From contig JBNGIO010004602.1 in NCBI GenBank assembly GCA_049999805.1, forward strand, positions 57,649-77,648: DNA of 20,000 bases, given 5' to 3'. The notes under the pieces were generated by a model that had not been told where the DNA came from, searched no databases, and was given only the letters and a program-made list of their open reading frames with translations. The DNA is from Folioceros fuciformis (Eukaryota). The first letter of the stretch is position 1, and every line of letters starts with the position of its first letter. The position numbers and the translations under genes were made by a program. Below, in pieces: positions 10,301 to 20,000 of the stretch.

Positions 10301-10933
10301 GCATCCTGACGAGACTCCAATGCCCCACTCTGTGAAGCCAACCAAAGGGGAGTGGGCAGCGCAAAGGCCAGGCCGAAGACACCAGCTTGATTCGCCCTGG
10401 CCGGGCCCCTGCCCCGCCCACTGCCCAACCATCCGCCTCTGATCTGCTGTGCTGCGCCAAACAGTTGATGCCTGCACTCGGTATGGAGTACAGGACATCG
10501 CCTTGTTTAGGCACGTCGGTGCTTCCTAAGCTAGGATCTGCCTGCTGGAGTCCACATCCAACGTCCTGTGTGTGATTCTCCTCTCCTCCTTCCATCATGC
10601 ACTTCCCTGATCGCCAACGGATCCACAGCGGAGCCTCATGGGAGGCACTCACTGTTTTCCTGTCAGGATGAGCACTCCCCAGTACAGTGCAATGCCAACC
10701 AAGTTGGCCATACGCTGGCGAGAGTAGTCAAGCCGTCAGAGACAACCATCACTGGATGTCTGACACAGCCACGGGCTAACGCCATTTATATTGCTAACAA
10801 GTCCACATCCCCTCGATTTCCCTTATCGTTTTCCTTCTCACAAAAGATTTATACTGCAGGATCACGACATTTGGCGAAGATACAACTAGCCGTGACAACT
10901 AGGTAATCCAGTACCGCGCAATTGCACAAGGCG

Positions 10934-10974
10934 TCATCTGCTGATGTGATTGGCTCACCGCCACCAGCAGATGA
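10934..10974 (-). other. Stem-loop in the PrmA 3' UTR
   Basis: TCATCTGCTG (10934-10943) and CAGCAGATGA (10965-10974) form a perfect 10-bp inverted repeat. On the mRNA strand it extends to about 13 bp with one G-U pair. Confidence 0.6.
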
Positions 10975-11026
10975 TTAGGAAAGTACTAAACTGGTCTATC
11001 CAGCGTATGCGTGGTTCAATCCCTTG

Positions 11027-13126
11027 TCAAAACCTCCGTATCTCTCCTCCCGATTTCGCCTTTCTCCTGCCAGTCAATTGGGCCCAACCTGTGTCCACGG
11101 ACACCACAATATCGTCCAAGAACTCGGAGTACGCATCTTTCAATTGCTCAACCTGCATCATAAGTACCGTGTTAGAACCTTAGAAGCAAGCATAAATTCA
11201 CAGACCTGCACTGCTGAGAGCACTTCTTAAGACAGAACCTTACGTCTCACCTGACTCTCAAGAATACCAGACAACCCCACAAGCCCACCAGGCCTAGCAT
11301 ATCCGGCAAGCTGGTCTGCTAACTCTAGCAAAGGGTTGAGCAAAATATTCGCCACAACAACATCCATCTCGCCAGGTTCTATGATACTTTTCCCGGACCT
11401 CTGAATATCCGGGTTTGATTCGACGATATTTCCATCTACGTCGCAAACAAAGACCTCAATTGAGTTCTCAGGCAGATTGTTCAAGGATGCATTGTAGATG
11501 GCGGAGGAAACAGCCACTGGATCAGTGTCGACACCAGTAGCTCGCTTTGCACCCATCTGTAACAGCAGGAGAACACTGGCACATCAATTACAATTCACAT
11601 GCAACGAGGAGCGCAGGATAAAGGCACAGACTTCACGGGTCACTGCAACACCCCACCTTGAGGGCTGCCACCGCAAGGATCCCAGAGCCTGTACCGTAAT
11701 CGAGCACTCGCTCTCCGCCCTCAATAACTTCGTACAGCCATCGGAGACACAACCGCGTTGTGGGGTGTTCACCAGTTCCAAAGGCGAGCCCCGGATCCAA
11801 AATAACATTCACTGTGCCTCCACTCTACAATTGCAACTCGCTTCAATCAGCCCTTCGAACACGCATAAACACATGATACAGCGCAGATTCACTACATGAT
11901 GGTCAAGCTGTGAAAGCTCCTAGGAAACTGTTCAGTGCTACCTCAGAAATAGGATGTGAAAAAGAGGTTGAAGACAAGTTGCTGACATACTGGAGGAGTA
12001 CACCACTTGGGGATGATGAACAAACCGTCAGCAACTTCCATTGGCCTGAATATTTCCTGAGATGACAGCGGGCTCAGATTCGGACGCACATACGGAGCAG
12101 GAGTATCTTCCATCAAAAAGAGATCAATGTCAAACCTGAACCTGCTGGACCCAATTGTCTTTGTCCTCAACCTTCTCAACCCGATAATCTGGCATGGTGG
12201 TGAGCCCTACAGAGTCTGCTGCCATTGCCAGAGCCTCACCCACGTCTTGATCCGCTGGGAAGTAAGCGACTAGACAACTCTGCACCCGCAACACACATTC
12301 CTAGAAACTTAAAGGACATGAATCTCGATAGGCACCCATCAAAATGAGCACACACGCAGCTACCTGTTCCCACAGCTGTCGCTTCCCCGATTGCCATGGT
12401 AAAGGGCCCTTTGAGTAAATCTGATCCAGAAACAACACTCCCGTTAGACGCACATGGCAGCACAGAAATCTAACCTAGTATCCTTTCACTACGATGCACT
12501 CGAACAACATTATGCAGACAGAATAATTTACAGCTAGCAGGGGCCCTACATCCTGCTCATCTGAGGTATTCAGGTTAGCGTCCTCAATAGTGCAACTTGT
12601 GGCACCAAAGCTCAGGAGTCCCTCCACTAACTCGTCCTGTGAAAGAGTGAAGACACAATCAGGCTGATCCCCGCGGAAAGATGTCTCTCGTCCTTCAAAG
12701 ATGCAAGTTCAACAATTTGACACAGGAAGGATCTTCTACGAACAAACTTACAGCTATTTTTCCAGCACAGAGGATCCGAGCTGCTTGCATTTCCACAGTG
12801 TGCGGTTCGGTAGCTGCACTACTGTAGCTAACTGGAGCACGACTCGGCAAAGCCATGCTCAACTCCTTAGGCTTGTGAGCAACCTGCCCCCTGTCGTTAC
12901 ACGCCCCATTCCACCACTTCACCTGCTTCCCGTTCAAGCTTCCACCAAGGGACAGGGTCTTCCGTAGCTCATCGGCGATTGCGCGAAAACTCCGCCCTGC
13001 ATTGCAGGGCAGAGCCACCTGCGCGGCGAATTGCGGCAACTTTTTCTGCACAGCCTTGCATAGGACAGGAGCTATCAACCCCTTCGTGGCCGGATGAGAA
13101 TGTCTGCACACAACCGATGTCAGCAT
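11027..13126 (-). CDS. prmA: Ribosomal protein L11 methyltransferase (PrmA), organelle-targeted, 8 exons, ~442 aa
   Basis: Hand-spliced exons: 13126-12752, 12636-12550, 12420-12364, 12279-12136, 12056-11991, 11824-11657, 11556-11251, 11152-11027 (1329 nt; all introns GT-AG, phase 0). Signature motifs: [23 protein letters not shown] motif [41 protein letters not shown]. The ~110-aa basic N-terminal extension resembles a transit peptide. The start codon is less certain than the internal exons. Confidence 0.94.
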
Positions 13127-13428
13127 GACACCGCGCCTTTCTTCCTGAAACCTAAGGCTCACACGTTGGAAAACCACATACGTTTGAGAACGACGATCCA
13201 AAGGCATTCAGCGGCCTCTGCCGATGTCTTTGCACAGGGTTCGTAAGAGCTTGCTTTTCTGCATCTAATCTCTGCCAGATCTGAGGATGTGGAGCCCGGT
13301 CCTCGGCAATCCGAAGTTCCTTCGTTCCAGGTGAGAGCACGTCTTGGATGCCCTGAAGCGTGTTTTGATAAGAATTTGTGACATGCGGTGGAGACTACTC
13401 GGTATTTCCAGCAGGATCTTGAGGCCCC
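13127..13428. promoter_or_regulatory. Putative bidirectional promoter / leader region, including a plus-strand 5'UTR intron at 13331-13411
   Basis: Head-to-head ATGs at 13126 (-) and 13429 (+). CAG|GTGAGA donor at 13331 and TTTCCAG|CAG acceptor at 13411/13414 give an 81-84 nt intron, similar to the local intron size. Confidence 0.5.
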
Positions 13429-13926
13429 ATGGCAGCCAAGAAACCAAAGGGCAGGGCAAAAGCCAAATCCAGGGAGTGCGCAACTACAGCAGCCCAACCA
13501 ACTGAAAGCAACCCCGATGATGCGAAGGACCTAGAGCCTGTGTCCGAAAGCATCACTGGCGAGCTGGAGACTCTGGCAATTCAAGAGCAGCCTGAGCCCG
13601 ATTCAGCAGCAATCAGCAGCAGCTCAGCCGGAGAACTGCAGAGCGTTAATGGACATCGCTCCGAGTCCTTCACTGGCTTCGTGTTCAGTGCCAGCTGTGA
13701 GAGCTCGGGGGATGGAGAGAGCTCAATCAACACCTCCAGGCTCAAGGGAAAGGAGCGGCGAATCCAAAAGCAACGGGTCCATATGGCGAGCGGCAGAGGA
13801 GGAACCTGCAAGTCCTCTTTCGATGCAACCATCTCGTCCATCCTGAGCACTCTGCTACAGATTTCGTCTTCTGAGAGTAATCGCAAGGCAGGGCCGGAAA
13901 GACGGGAAAATCTTCGCCTTCCTTGA
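13429..13926 (+). CDS. Hypothetical 165-aa low-complexity protein with basic NLS-like N-terminus and acidic/Ser-rich middle; possibly truncated or a pseudogene
   Basis: ATG in CCCCATGG context after an apparent 5'UTR intron; MAAKKPKGRAKAK start; AATAAA at 14008-14013 downstream. No recognisable domain. Confidence 0.5.
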   Translation: MAAKKPKGRAKAKSRECATTAAQPTESNPDDAKDLEPVSESITGELETLAIQEQPEPDSAAISSSSAGELQSVNGHRSESFTGFVFSASCESSGDGESSINTSRLKGKERRIQKQRVHMASGRGGTCKSSFDATISSILSTLLQISSSESNRKAGPERRENLRLP

Positions 13927-13995
13927 AATTGCCAGCACGCAGATAGTGCATTCAAAGTGAGCGATAAGAAACAAATTTGTAAAAATCGCAACCAT

Positions 13996-14013
13996 TTTAT
14001 TTCATTCAATAAA
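13996..14013. terminator. Back-to-back AATAAA polyadenylation-like signals on both strands
   Basis: TTTATT at 13996-14001 (AATAAA on minus) and AATAAA at 14008-14013 (plus), in an AT-rich patch between convergent genes. Confidence 0.4.
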
Positions 14014-14636
14014 TATGGTTTCTTCCAAGCTTCGGAATCGAAGTCCGCATGCTCAGAAACTCAGCCAATCTCTTTCCCCATTCTGAATTTCTAGAGTTTC
14101 CTTGGAGTGAAAACCAGAGACACACACTAAGGGACTTGGACAATGCACACGGCAGGAGTCCGGAGCACAAAAAATGACGGTTGGGGTCCGGTAATAATCA
14201 TAACAAACAGCACCTACAGTACACACTGGCCACAGTGACAGGCCAAATCCGGCCCTATAACATTACAAATCGCCTCAGCTCACTCATAGATGTCATCTGA
14301 TCAAATGCAACAGAATGACAACTTCCTTGGTAAGAAGAATAGCATACTGGGAGAGCTATAAAGGAAGGCGAGCGAAGGCTAGTCACTCATCCTGGAGGCT
14401 TACAATCTCTTGGGCACATCATGACAACCAGATTCCTCATTGACAGCACGTCAATCATACGCGCTCCCGGACAACAGAGCTAACAGTAGCTATAGGATAC
14501 TAGCAAACTTGGCTTCTTCCAGATGACTGCTTCAAGCTGATCAGCCTGAACAGTTGTCTTGAAACTAGAGCAGCATTCATCCACCAAACCCGATCCTCCC
14601 CTGGCTGTGCCAGAAGTCCAAATCATTGGACATGTC

Positions 14637-17600
14637 TCAGCCAAATGGATTACTGCCAAAAGAGGAAACCGAACCTTGCGGGGAAAGAGAAGGAAGGGAA
14701 TTCTGTGAAGTGAGAGTGGGGAAGGGACTTTGACCACCAAGGGGGGGGAAGGAAAGCTGCGTGGTCAATGATGGGGGTCGATGACTGAAATAAGCAGTTT
14801 CTTGGCCAAATGATACCAGTGGGAAAGATCCTGGATTGCCGATACGATCACTGCAGAGTTCCAACAGCCCAACGGATGTTACTAAAAGGAACTGACATAA
14901 CCAACAGGAGAGCATCAAAACCACAAACATACTTTGGGATTGTTGGGGCCTGTAAGTTGATGCCTGCATGTCAACATGACATGGGGATGAGGGAAGGAGC
15001 TTTACATGGATTGGCCTCAATGCATCATCAAAAAGATACCACACCACGAGTTCATAAATGAAAGACATCCTCAAACAAATGAGAAAGAGCAGCCGGTAAT
15101 GAATACCAAGAGGTCCTCCAGGTGGATAGGATGCATGCTGCGGTTGAAAATTGTTTGGTTGCGCCCACAGTGATGGGAAATTCCCAGGTCCAGTCACACT
15201 TCCAGGACCAGCCCCCGGCAATGACTGAGGCCCTGCGGCATAATTTGGCAGGGCAGCTTGGAGGGGACCCATGCTTGCAAACTGTGACCAGTACAACGCC
15301 AACAGGGTCGCACAAAATGAACATAGGCGGGAATCGCGTTGACGCTGTTATCGCAAGCATCATATAGATTCATGCAGCATGTCCATCCCAACTTATGTCC
15401 GCATGCAGACCCAGTGAGGCCCACAGTGTCAACACAAAAGCTATAGATCTCACAATTCTAGGAACAAGAGAAAAATGATAATTCACGAACCCACGTTGCA
15501 ATTCACCAGAAAAGGGCTGACTTTGTTATCAACACTTACAGCACTTGGAGGAGGAGGGTCGCCGGGAAGGTCAAATGGATTCCTAGACCTTGGAGGCTGA
15601 GCATAAGCAGGCATAGGCCCCATAGGCTGCAAGCACCCGAAAAAACCGATAGATTTGAGGGCAAAAGCCACAGATATGTATACCATCCAAAACAATAGGG
15701 CAGATTAACACTAACAAGGAAACAAGTGGCAGGGCTGGAATACCGGCATATTAGGAACCATTGGCTGAAACTGGGCACCTCCGGTTAAAAAAGCTGCATT
15801 TTGCATTGGCATGCCCACACTTGGTGCAACTGTAGGTTGAAATGGAGACGAGAAGATATCCTGGAAATCAAATCAGACCAGCTCATGAGACAAATCTGAC
15901 ACCAGACCAGCAATGACCAGACCACCTGCACGGAGAAAATGGTTAACCTGTGGCAATTCTCGTCTGGGCCTCTCAAGAGCAGATGTTTGCTGAGACAGAT
16001 TGTTGGTCGCCTGGTCTGAAATTGCCTGGGGAGCTTGAGCTTTAGGAACTGGAGCTGTGTACGAGTTCCAAGACTGAAATCACAGTCCACCAATTCCAAA
16101 AAGCATATAATTAAGACTTCAATGAGACCTCGCTACACAACAAGTTTTGAGCAACAGGCCCGATAACCCAGCAACGCTCTCTTGCTTTCAGCCAACCTGG
16201 GGAGCTGTTGCTGAAGGAGAGTGCGTAGCAGGAAATGCAGACCATGTCTCAGTTCCGGGTGCCAGTTCAGGTACTGGTTGAGGGGGCCAGCCACCAGTCC
16301 ATTGACCACCGCCATCTCCTCCGGGAAACAAGCTAGCAAGGCCAGGGGCTACACCAGGGGGAGCTGGAGCTGGCGCAAGTGAACCAAATGCAACATCAAA
16401 AGTAGCCCAACCAGTATCATTCGAGACAGCCTGAGGTGTCGGGGCAGTGGAGCCCACGCCAAACAATTCTGCTGATGCAGCAGGTGCAGGTGCTGCAGCA
16501 GCTGTTGGAGTTTCAGCACTGAAGTCTATCAGGCTGTCAGAGGCTGCTCGTTGGAGTGAGGCGGAACTGGAGTGAGAGGACCCATTCCCAAAAGACCCAG
16601 ATGGGGTAAGCTTGGGTATTCTTATATCTTTACGTTGCTCAGCCTGCCACCAAACACCATTTGAATTAGTAGGCAACATGAATGTGCGGAAAAGTTTAAT
16701 ATTGCACGTGTTTCAGGAATGGCCAAAACCAGACCCTTGTATCAGTATCAGAAAAACTCAAAGATCTCATACCGGCGATGTTAATGAGCGAGGCTCCTCT
16801 TCAACTCGACCGTTGGTCTGGCTCGGGTCATCAACCCGGAGTGGTGGAACATTATCACCCAGAATGTCCCTCACAGGACGAACTTGAGGAGAAGAGCTTC
16901 CATCATAATCTCTGTAGGTACTAGGAGCCCGATCATCAAATCTTCTCCTATCCCGCACCTCATTTGCAAACCGGTCCTCCAACTGACGATCCCTTTCATC
17001 AAACCGAGACCTGTCCTCGTACCGCCGTTCCTCATACCTACCTCTCTCTGTCTCAAATCGACCAGGACTCCTCTTCTCATCAAACCTCACAGCTCTTCTA
17101 TCATCATTCCTGTCCTCATATCTGCGATCTTCAAATGGCGGCCGACCTCGATCAACATCTGACCTACGACGGTCAACAGAACGTCGATCATCATACTGAT
17201 CATCAAGTGGCGGGCTTTTGGAGCCTCTGTAATCGGGACGTCGAGAATCATACTTCTCATCTCTGTCACTCTGCAATGAAAGAAGGAATGAAACTTCAAA
17301 CATGCGGCCTTCCAGGGCTGGGACACAGCATAACATCACCAGAAGAAACCGGCATACTCACAGGTCGGCCTTTAGGAGGTAGTCTGTCCCCTGTGAAACG
17401 CCTGTCCACGTATACAGACTTGATGAAGTCCCGCAGTTTCTCTGTATTGCTGCATCATATACAAATACGCAGGCAAGCGTCAGACCCAAAAACATCGATG
17501 TCCACGATAGCTTTCTCAGTGCAAAGTTGCATTCCTACCTACTGTCTGGCAAGGAGTTCCTCTGTGAATCCCACTCCTTCAAGAACAGTTGTCGAGCACG

Positions 17601-18175
17601 CTGTGACACTCACAAGCATGGCGCATAACAACGAGTTAATGTCTGTAGTAGCATCGCCCCCATGGGCAGACTCTTTCAGCTCCGTGACATTTCAGACCTA
17701 CACCTGCATACCTCATTCCCTCCATTCTTAAGCGCGTCCACCTCTGCTGCTGTAAATTTTGCCATTGAAATCGACTTTATTCTGTGGGTAAACTCCCGGC
17801 TGCAATCAAGACAGACAAAAAGATCGATCAGAATGTCACAACCAGCAGACGGCCGATTCAAACGCGCCCTGCAGCGTACCACCATTCCGCCCTAGGAAAA
17901 GATACTTACTGAACTCCACTGCAATTCGTGCACACGAAAGTGGAGAAGTTGGTGCAAACGTATTGAGGACCCTGCAGAATCGAAAGGAATCATGATATCA
18001 AAGAAGGCCCCAGACACACAGCCTTCGACAAAAAGGAACTGACGCTGCACTCCTTCGAAGACGACAAGTGACAAACCATGCTGCCGCAGTTGATACATCT
18101 TCGATTCTCAGTAAGCTTGAGTAGACCTCTGATTGTCCGCTCATTCCTCTCCTCTTCTTTAAGTCTGCTGCCCAT
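14637..18175 (-). CDS. AGD14: ADP-ribosylation factor GTPase-activating protein, AGD14/NIG (AGFG-like) type, 13 exons, ~697 aa
   Basis: Hand-spliced exons: 18175-18077, 17971-17910, 17799-17712, 17600-17539, 17449-17362, 17270-16773, 16643-16197, 16073-15948, 15860-15744, 15626-15540, 15281-15107, 14963-14933, 14850-14637 (2094 nt, phases consistent). N-terminal ArfGAP zinc finger NRRCINC-x16-CTNCSGVHR with the arginine finger, HRIKSISMAKFT, LRDFIKSVYVDRRF, an R/D/E-rich region, SLIDF, WATF/WSAF, RNPFD and C-terminal SNPFG. The C-terminal exon boundaries are less certain; the symbol marks the family, not proven orthology. Confidence 0.92.
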
Positions 18176-18189
18176 GGTCCCTGTGTCAC

Positions 18190-18433
18190 CTAAGCCAAAA
18201 CCACAACAACCAGCGCACTCAATAACACTTCGCTCTCTCCCTCTCCTGCCAGGACCGCATTTCCTTCAAACCAATCCACACTGGCTGCATTTCCTTCATC
18301 CTTCCAATCCCCACGCTTGGCTAACCCTACAGCGCGCTCATCCGCAGACCCATCAAATTCAGATTAAAGAGGCCAGCCAAGCCAGGGGAATCCCACTCTC
18401 GGACCTAGATCCAGCACCTGCTCCCACACATAC
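18190..18433 (-). other. Probable 5'UTR intron of the ArfGAP gene
   Basis: Acceptor TTTTGGCTTAG| 14 nt before the ATG. Best upstream donor is ACG|GTATGT at 18433, with TAG|GTCCGA near 18404 as an alternative. Confidence 0.4.
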
Positions 18434-18829
18434 CGTCGCCTTCCGCAGGGAAGCCGAATACGCAGTCGGCCTCAATAGGGATAGCCAGCAGAAGGCGGAG
18501 TTTAAACCTCATAGCGCCGCGAAACAAAGAAAACAGCGGCACCTTGGCCTCAGCAGACCTAAGTCTAACTAGCCGGCGCTGCAGCCCACGAGAGGTCGGG
18601 ATCGGAAAGGAGATCCCAGAGCATTCGCAAGGTAACCGGAATTGCGGACACCGCCATTGCCGGTCGGCCTCATCAGCATCGGAGCCAGGCGGACGACAGC
18701 GCAGAATAAGACATGGCAGGAGGGCGGATCCCTGGACTAACCTGCAGGCAGGGAAGCTGAGATCGGAGGCGGAGCAGCTCACAAGCTTCACGATGCCGAT
18801 ACCGGTGCCAATCGCCCCTGACAGGAAGA

Positions 18830-19191
18830 ATGCTCCAGCGCGGGGCGTGCAGCAGCTGCAACGGGGAGGCAGGTCTGATGGCGACGGTGCGGCAGCGAAG
18901 AGCGCGGCTCCATCCAGGCTACCGGCAGCTGCAGCTGGGGGAACACGCGCGGCAGTGGGCCATGTCGCCGCGTGACCTGGTCTCTCTCTGCAGTGCCACA
19001 GTGCCTGTCAAGCCGGACGTTCTGTTGATCCTGCTGCTGCTTCTGTGCCGTCTGCCGCTTCTGCTGCTCCTATCCTTTCTGCCGCTGCCACAGAGACTTC
19101 TGCTGCCAAGTACTGTCTTCCTCGCCGGAGCAGGCGCAGGAGCAGGGCCTGAACCTGAACCTCATCACCCCCCACCCCAGAGAAGGGAAAG
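18830..19191 (+). CDS. Candidate first coding exon of a secreted or membrane protein (partial; may continue beyond the window)
   Basis: Open frame with a Leu-rich hydrophobic stretch (VLLILLLLLCRLPLLLLLSFLPL) and a GA/PE linker, ending at a good donor AG|GTGAGA (19191/19192). A possible upstream 5'UTR intron lies at 18632-18747 (AAG|GTAACC ... CTAAC..CTGCAG). No downstream exon was identified, and the Leu run partly reflects CTG repeats. Confidence 0.35.
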
Positions 19192-19890
19192 GTGAGAGAC
19201 AGCCGAGGGCCCTCGAGTGCACAGCTGTAAGAATCGCCCAATAACTTACCAGAAACGCTCGTTGACTACATTCCAGGTTAACCTTCCACCGTTTCTTTAC
19301 TCACAGAATTGCCCGGCCCGGCCTCATCCCTTTGTGTTTTCCAAGGACGTTCCACATACCCAGATTGATGAACGAAATCGGCCCGCCCCGTGAATCAGCC
19401 AGCAGGCGGGGAAGGTCATTTTGGCTTCAACTTTGTCTGACTCCCAAAATTCGTGTCCACGCTCAACTTCCATCATCCCACTGTCCTCCTTGATGAAGGT
19501 CTTGGAAAGACTTTCGTCATACCTTATCTTAGTACCTGGCAGGACACATAGCCTTCGATTTTTCACACATCAAGCTTGGTTTGTTGGAGAAAGCTTCCAG
19601 CCATAAGTTGGACAACATCTCGGTTTGCAAGGCTTGTAGGGCACCCATGAGTATAGCTTTGGGAGAAGCAATGAGTTTCATAAGATTTGAACAAGTCTAC
19701 ACTTTCAAGGCAAAGATCAATCAAGCTCTAATGAATTTGTTGTCCAACAAGCCGCCTATGATTATTGCTTCTTAGATTACATTGTTTCTTCCACCATGAG
19801 AAAGGTTGGAAGAGTGAAGAGTGAGCTGACTTCAGGACCTGTATGTTGTGAAGTTGCAACTTGGACAACCGAGTTCGAAAGATTAAAGGT

Positions 19891-20000
19891 CCTCTTCCTA
19901 CAGCTTAAGTGATGGTATGGACAAGGCAATTGGAAAGATTCCATAACCTTTTATTACTCACCTCTTCTTACAGCTTAAGTGATGGTATGGACAAGGCAAT
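19891..20000. repeat. 40-bp direct repeat with 70-bp period, running to the window edge
   Basis: CCTCTTCYTACAGCTTAAGTGATGGTATGGACAAGGCAAT at 19891-19930 and 19961-20000 (1 mismatch). Confidence 0.9.

Noticed and set aside
11005..11030. tRNA B-box-like GGTTCAATCCC
   Set aside because: The T-stem does not pair fully and there is no cloverleaf; it sits at the PrmA stop codon / 3' UTR.
13581..14009. 142-aa minus-strand ORF
   Set aside because: It is antisense to the better-supported plus ORF and begins at a non-ATG codon in an AT-rich terminator-like patch.
16964..17731. 255-aa plus-strand ORF
   Set aside because: It is an antisense shadow across ArfGAP exons 3-6 and their introns.
19324..19775. 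Short ORFs in the AT-richer right end as TE or viral protein remnants
   Set aside because: No diagnostic motif is recognisable; BLASTX would be needed to support the idea.

Overview
Eukaryotic, intron-rich genomic DNA. The plant-type proteins and many short (~80-260 nt) GT-AG introns fit a streptophyte (charophyte-like) green alga; this taxonomy is inferred. Three multi-exon minus-strand genes could be assembled by hand with consistent intron phases: a 12-exon UDP-glucuronate 4-epimerase (GAE, 2670-5098), an 8-exon organellar ribosomal protein L11 methyltransferase (PrmA, 11027-13126) and a 13-exon AGD14/NIG/AGFG-type ArfGAP (14637-18175). Two weaker plus-strand candidates lie head-to-head with PrmA and the ArfGAP: an orphan ORF (13429-13926) and a possible hydrophobic first exon (18830-19191). 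The first 1.45 kb is a repeat module made of a hierarchical 20/15-bp minisatellite, a hairpin and three diverged ~300-bp tandem copies. The ~5.9 kb between GAE and PrMA's 3' end holds no gene I can recognise. Most entries in the ORF track are antisense shadows or partial exons. I found no clear new biological system; the best leads are the intron-rich GAE, the left-end repeat module and several splicing oddities.
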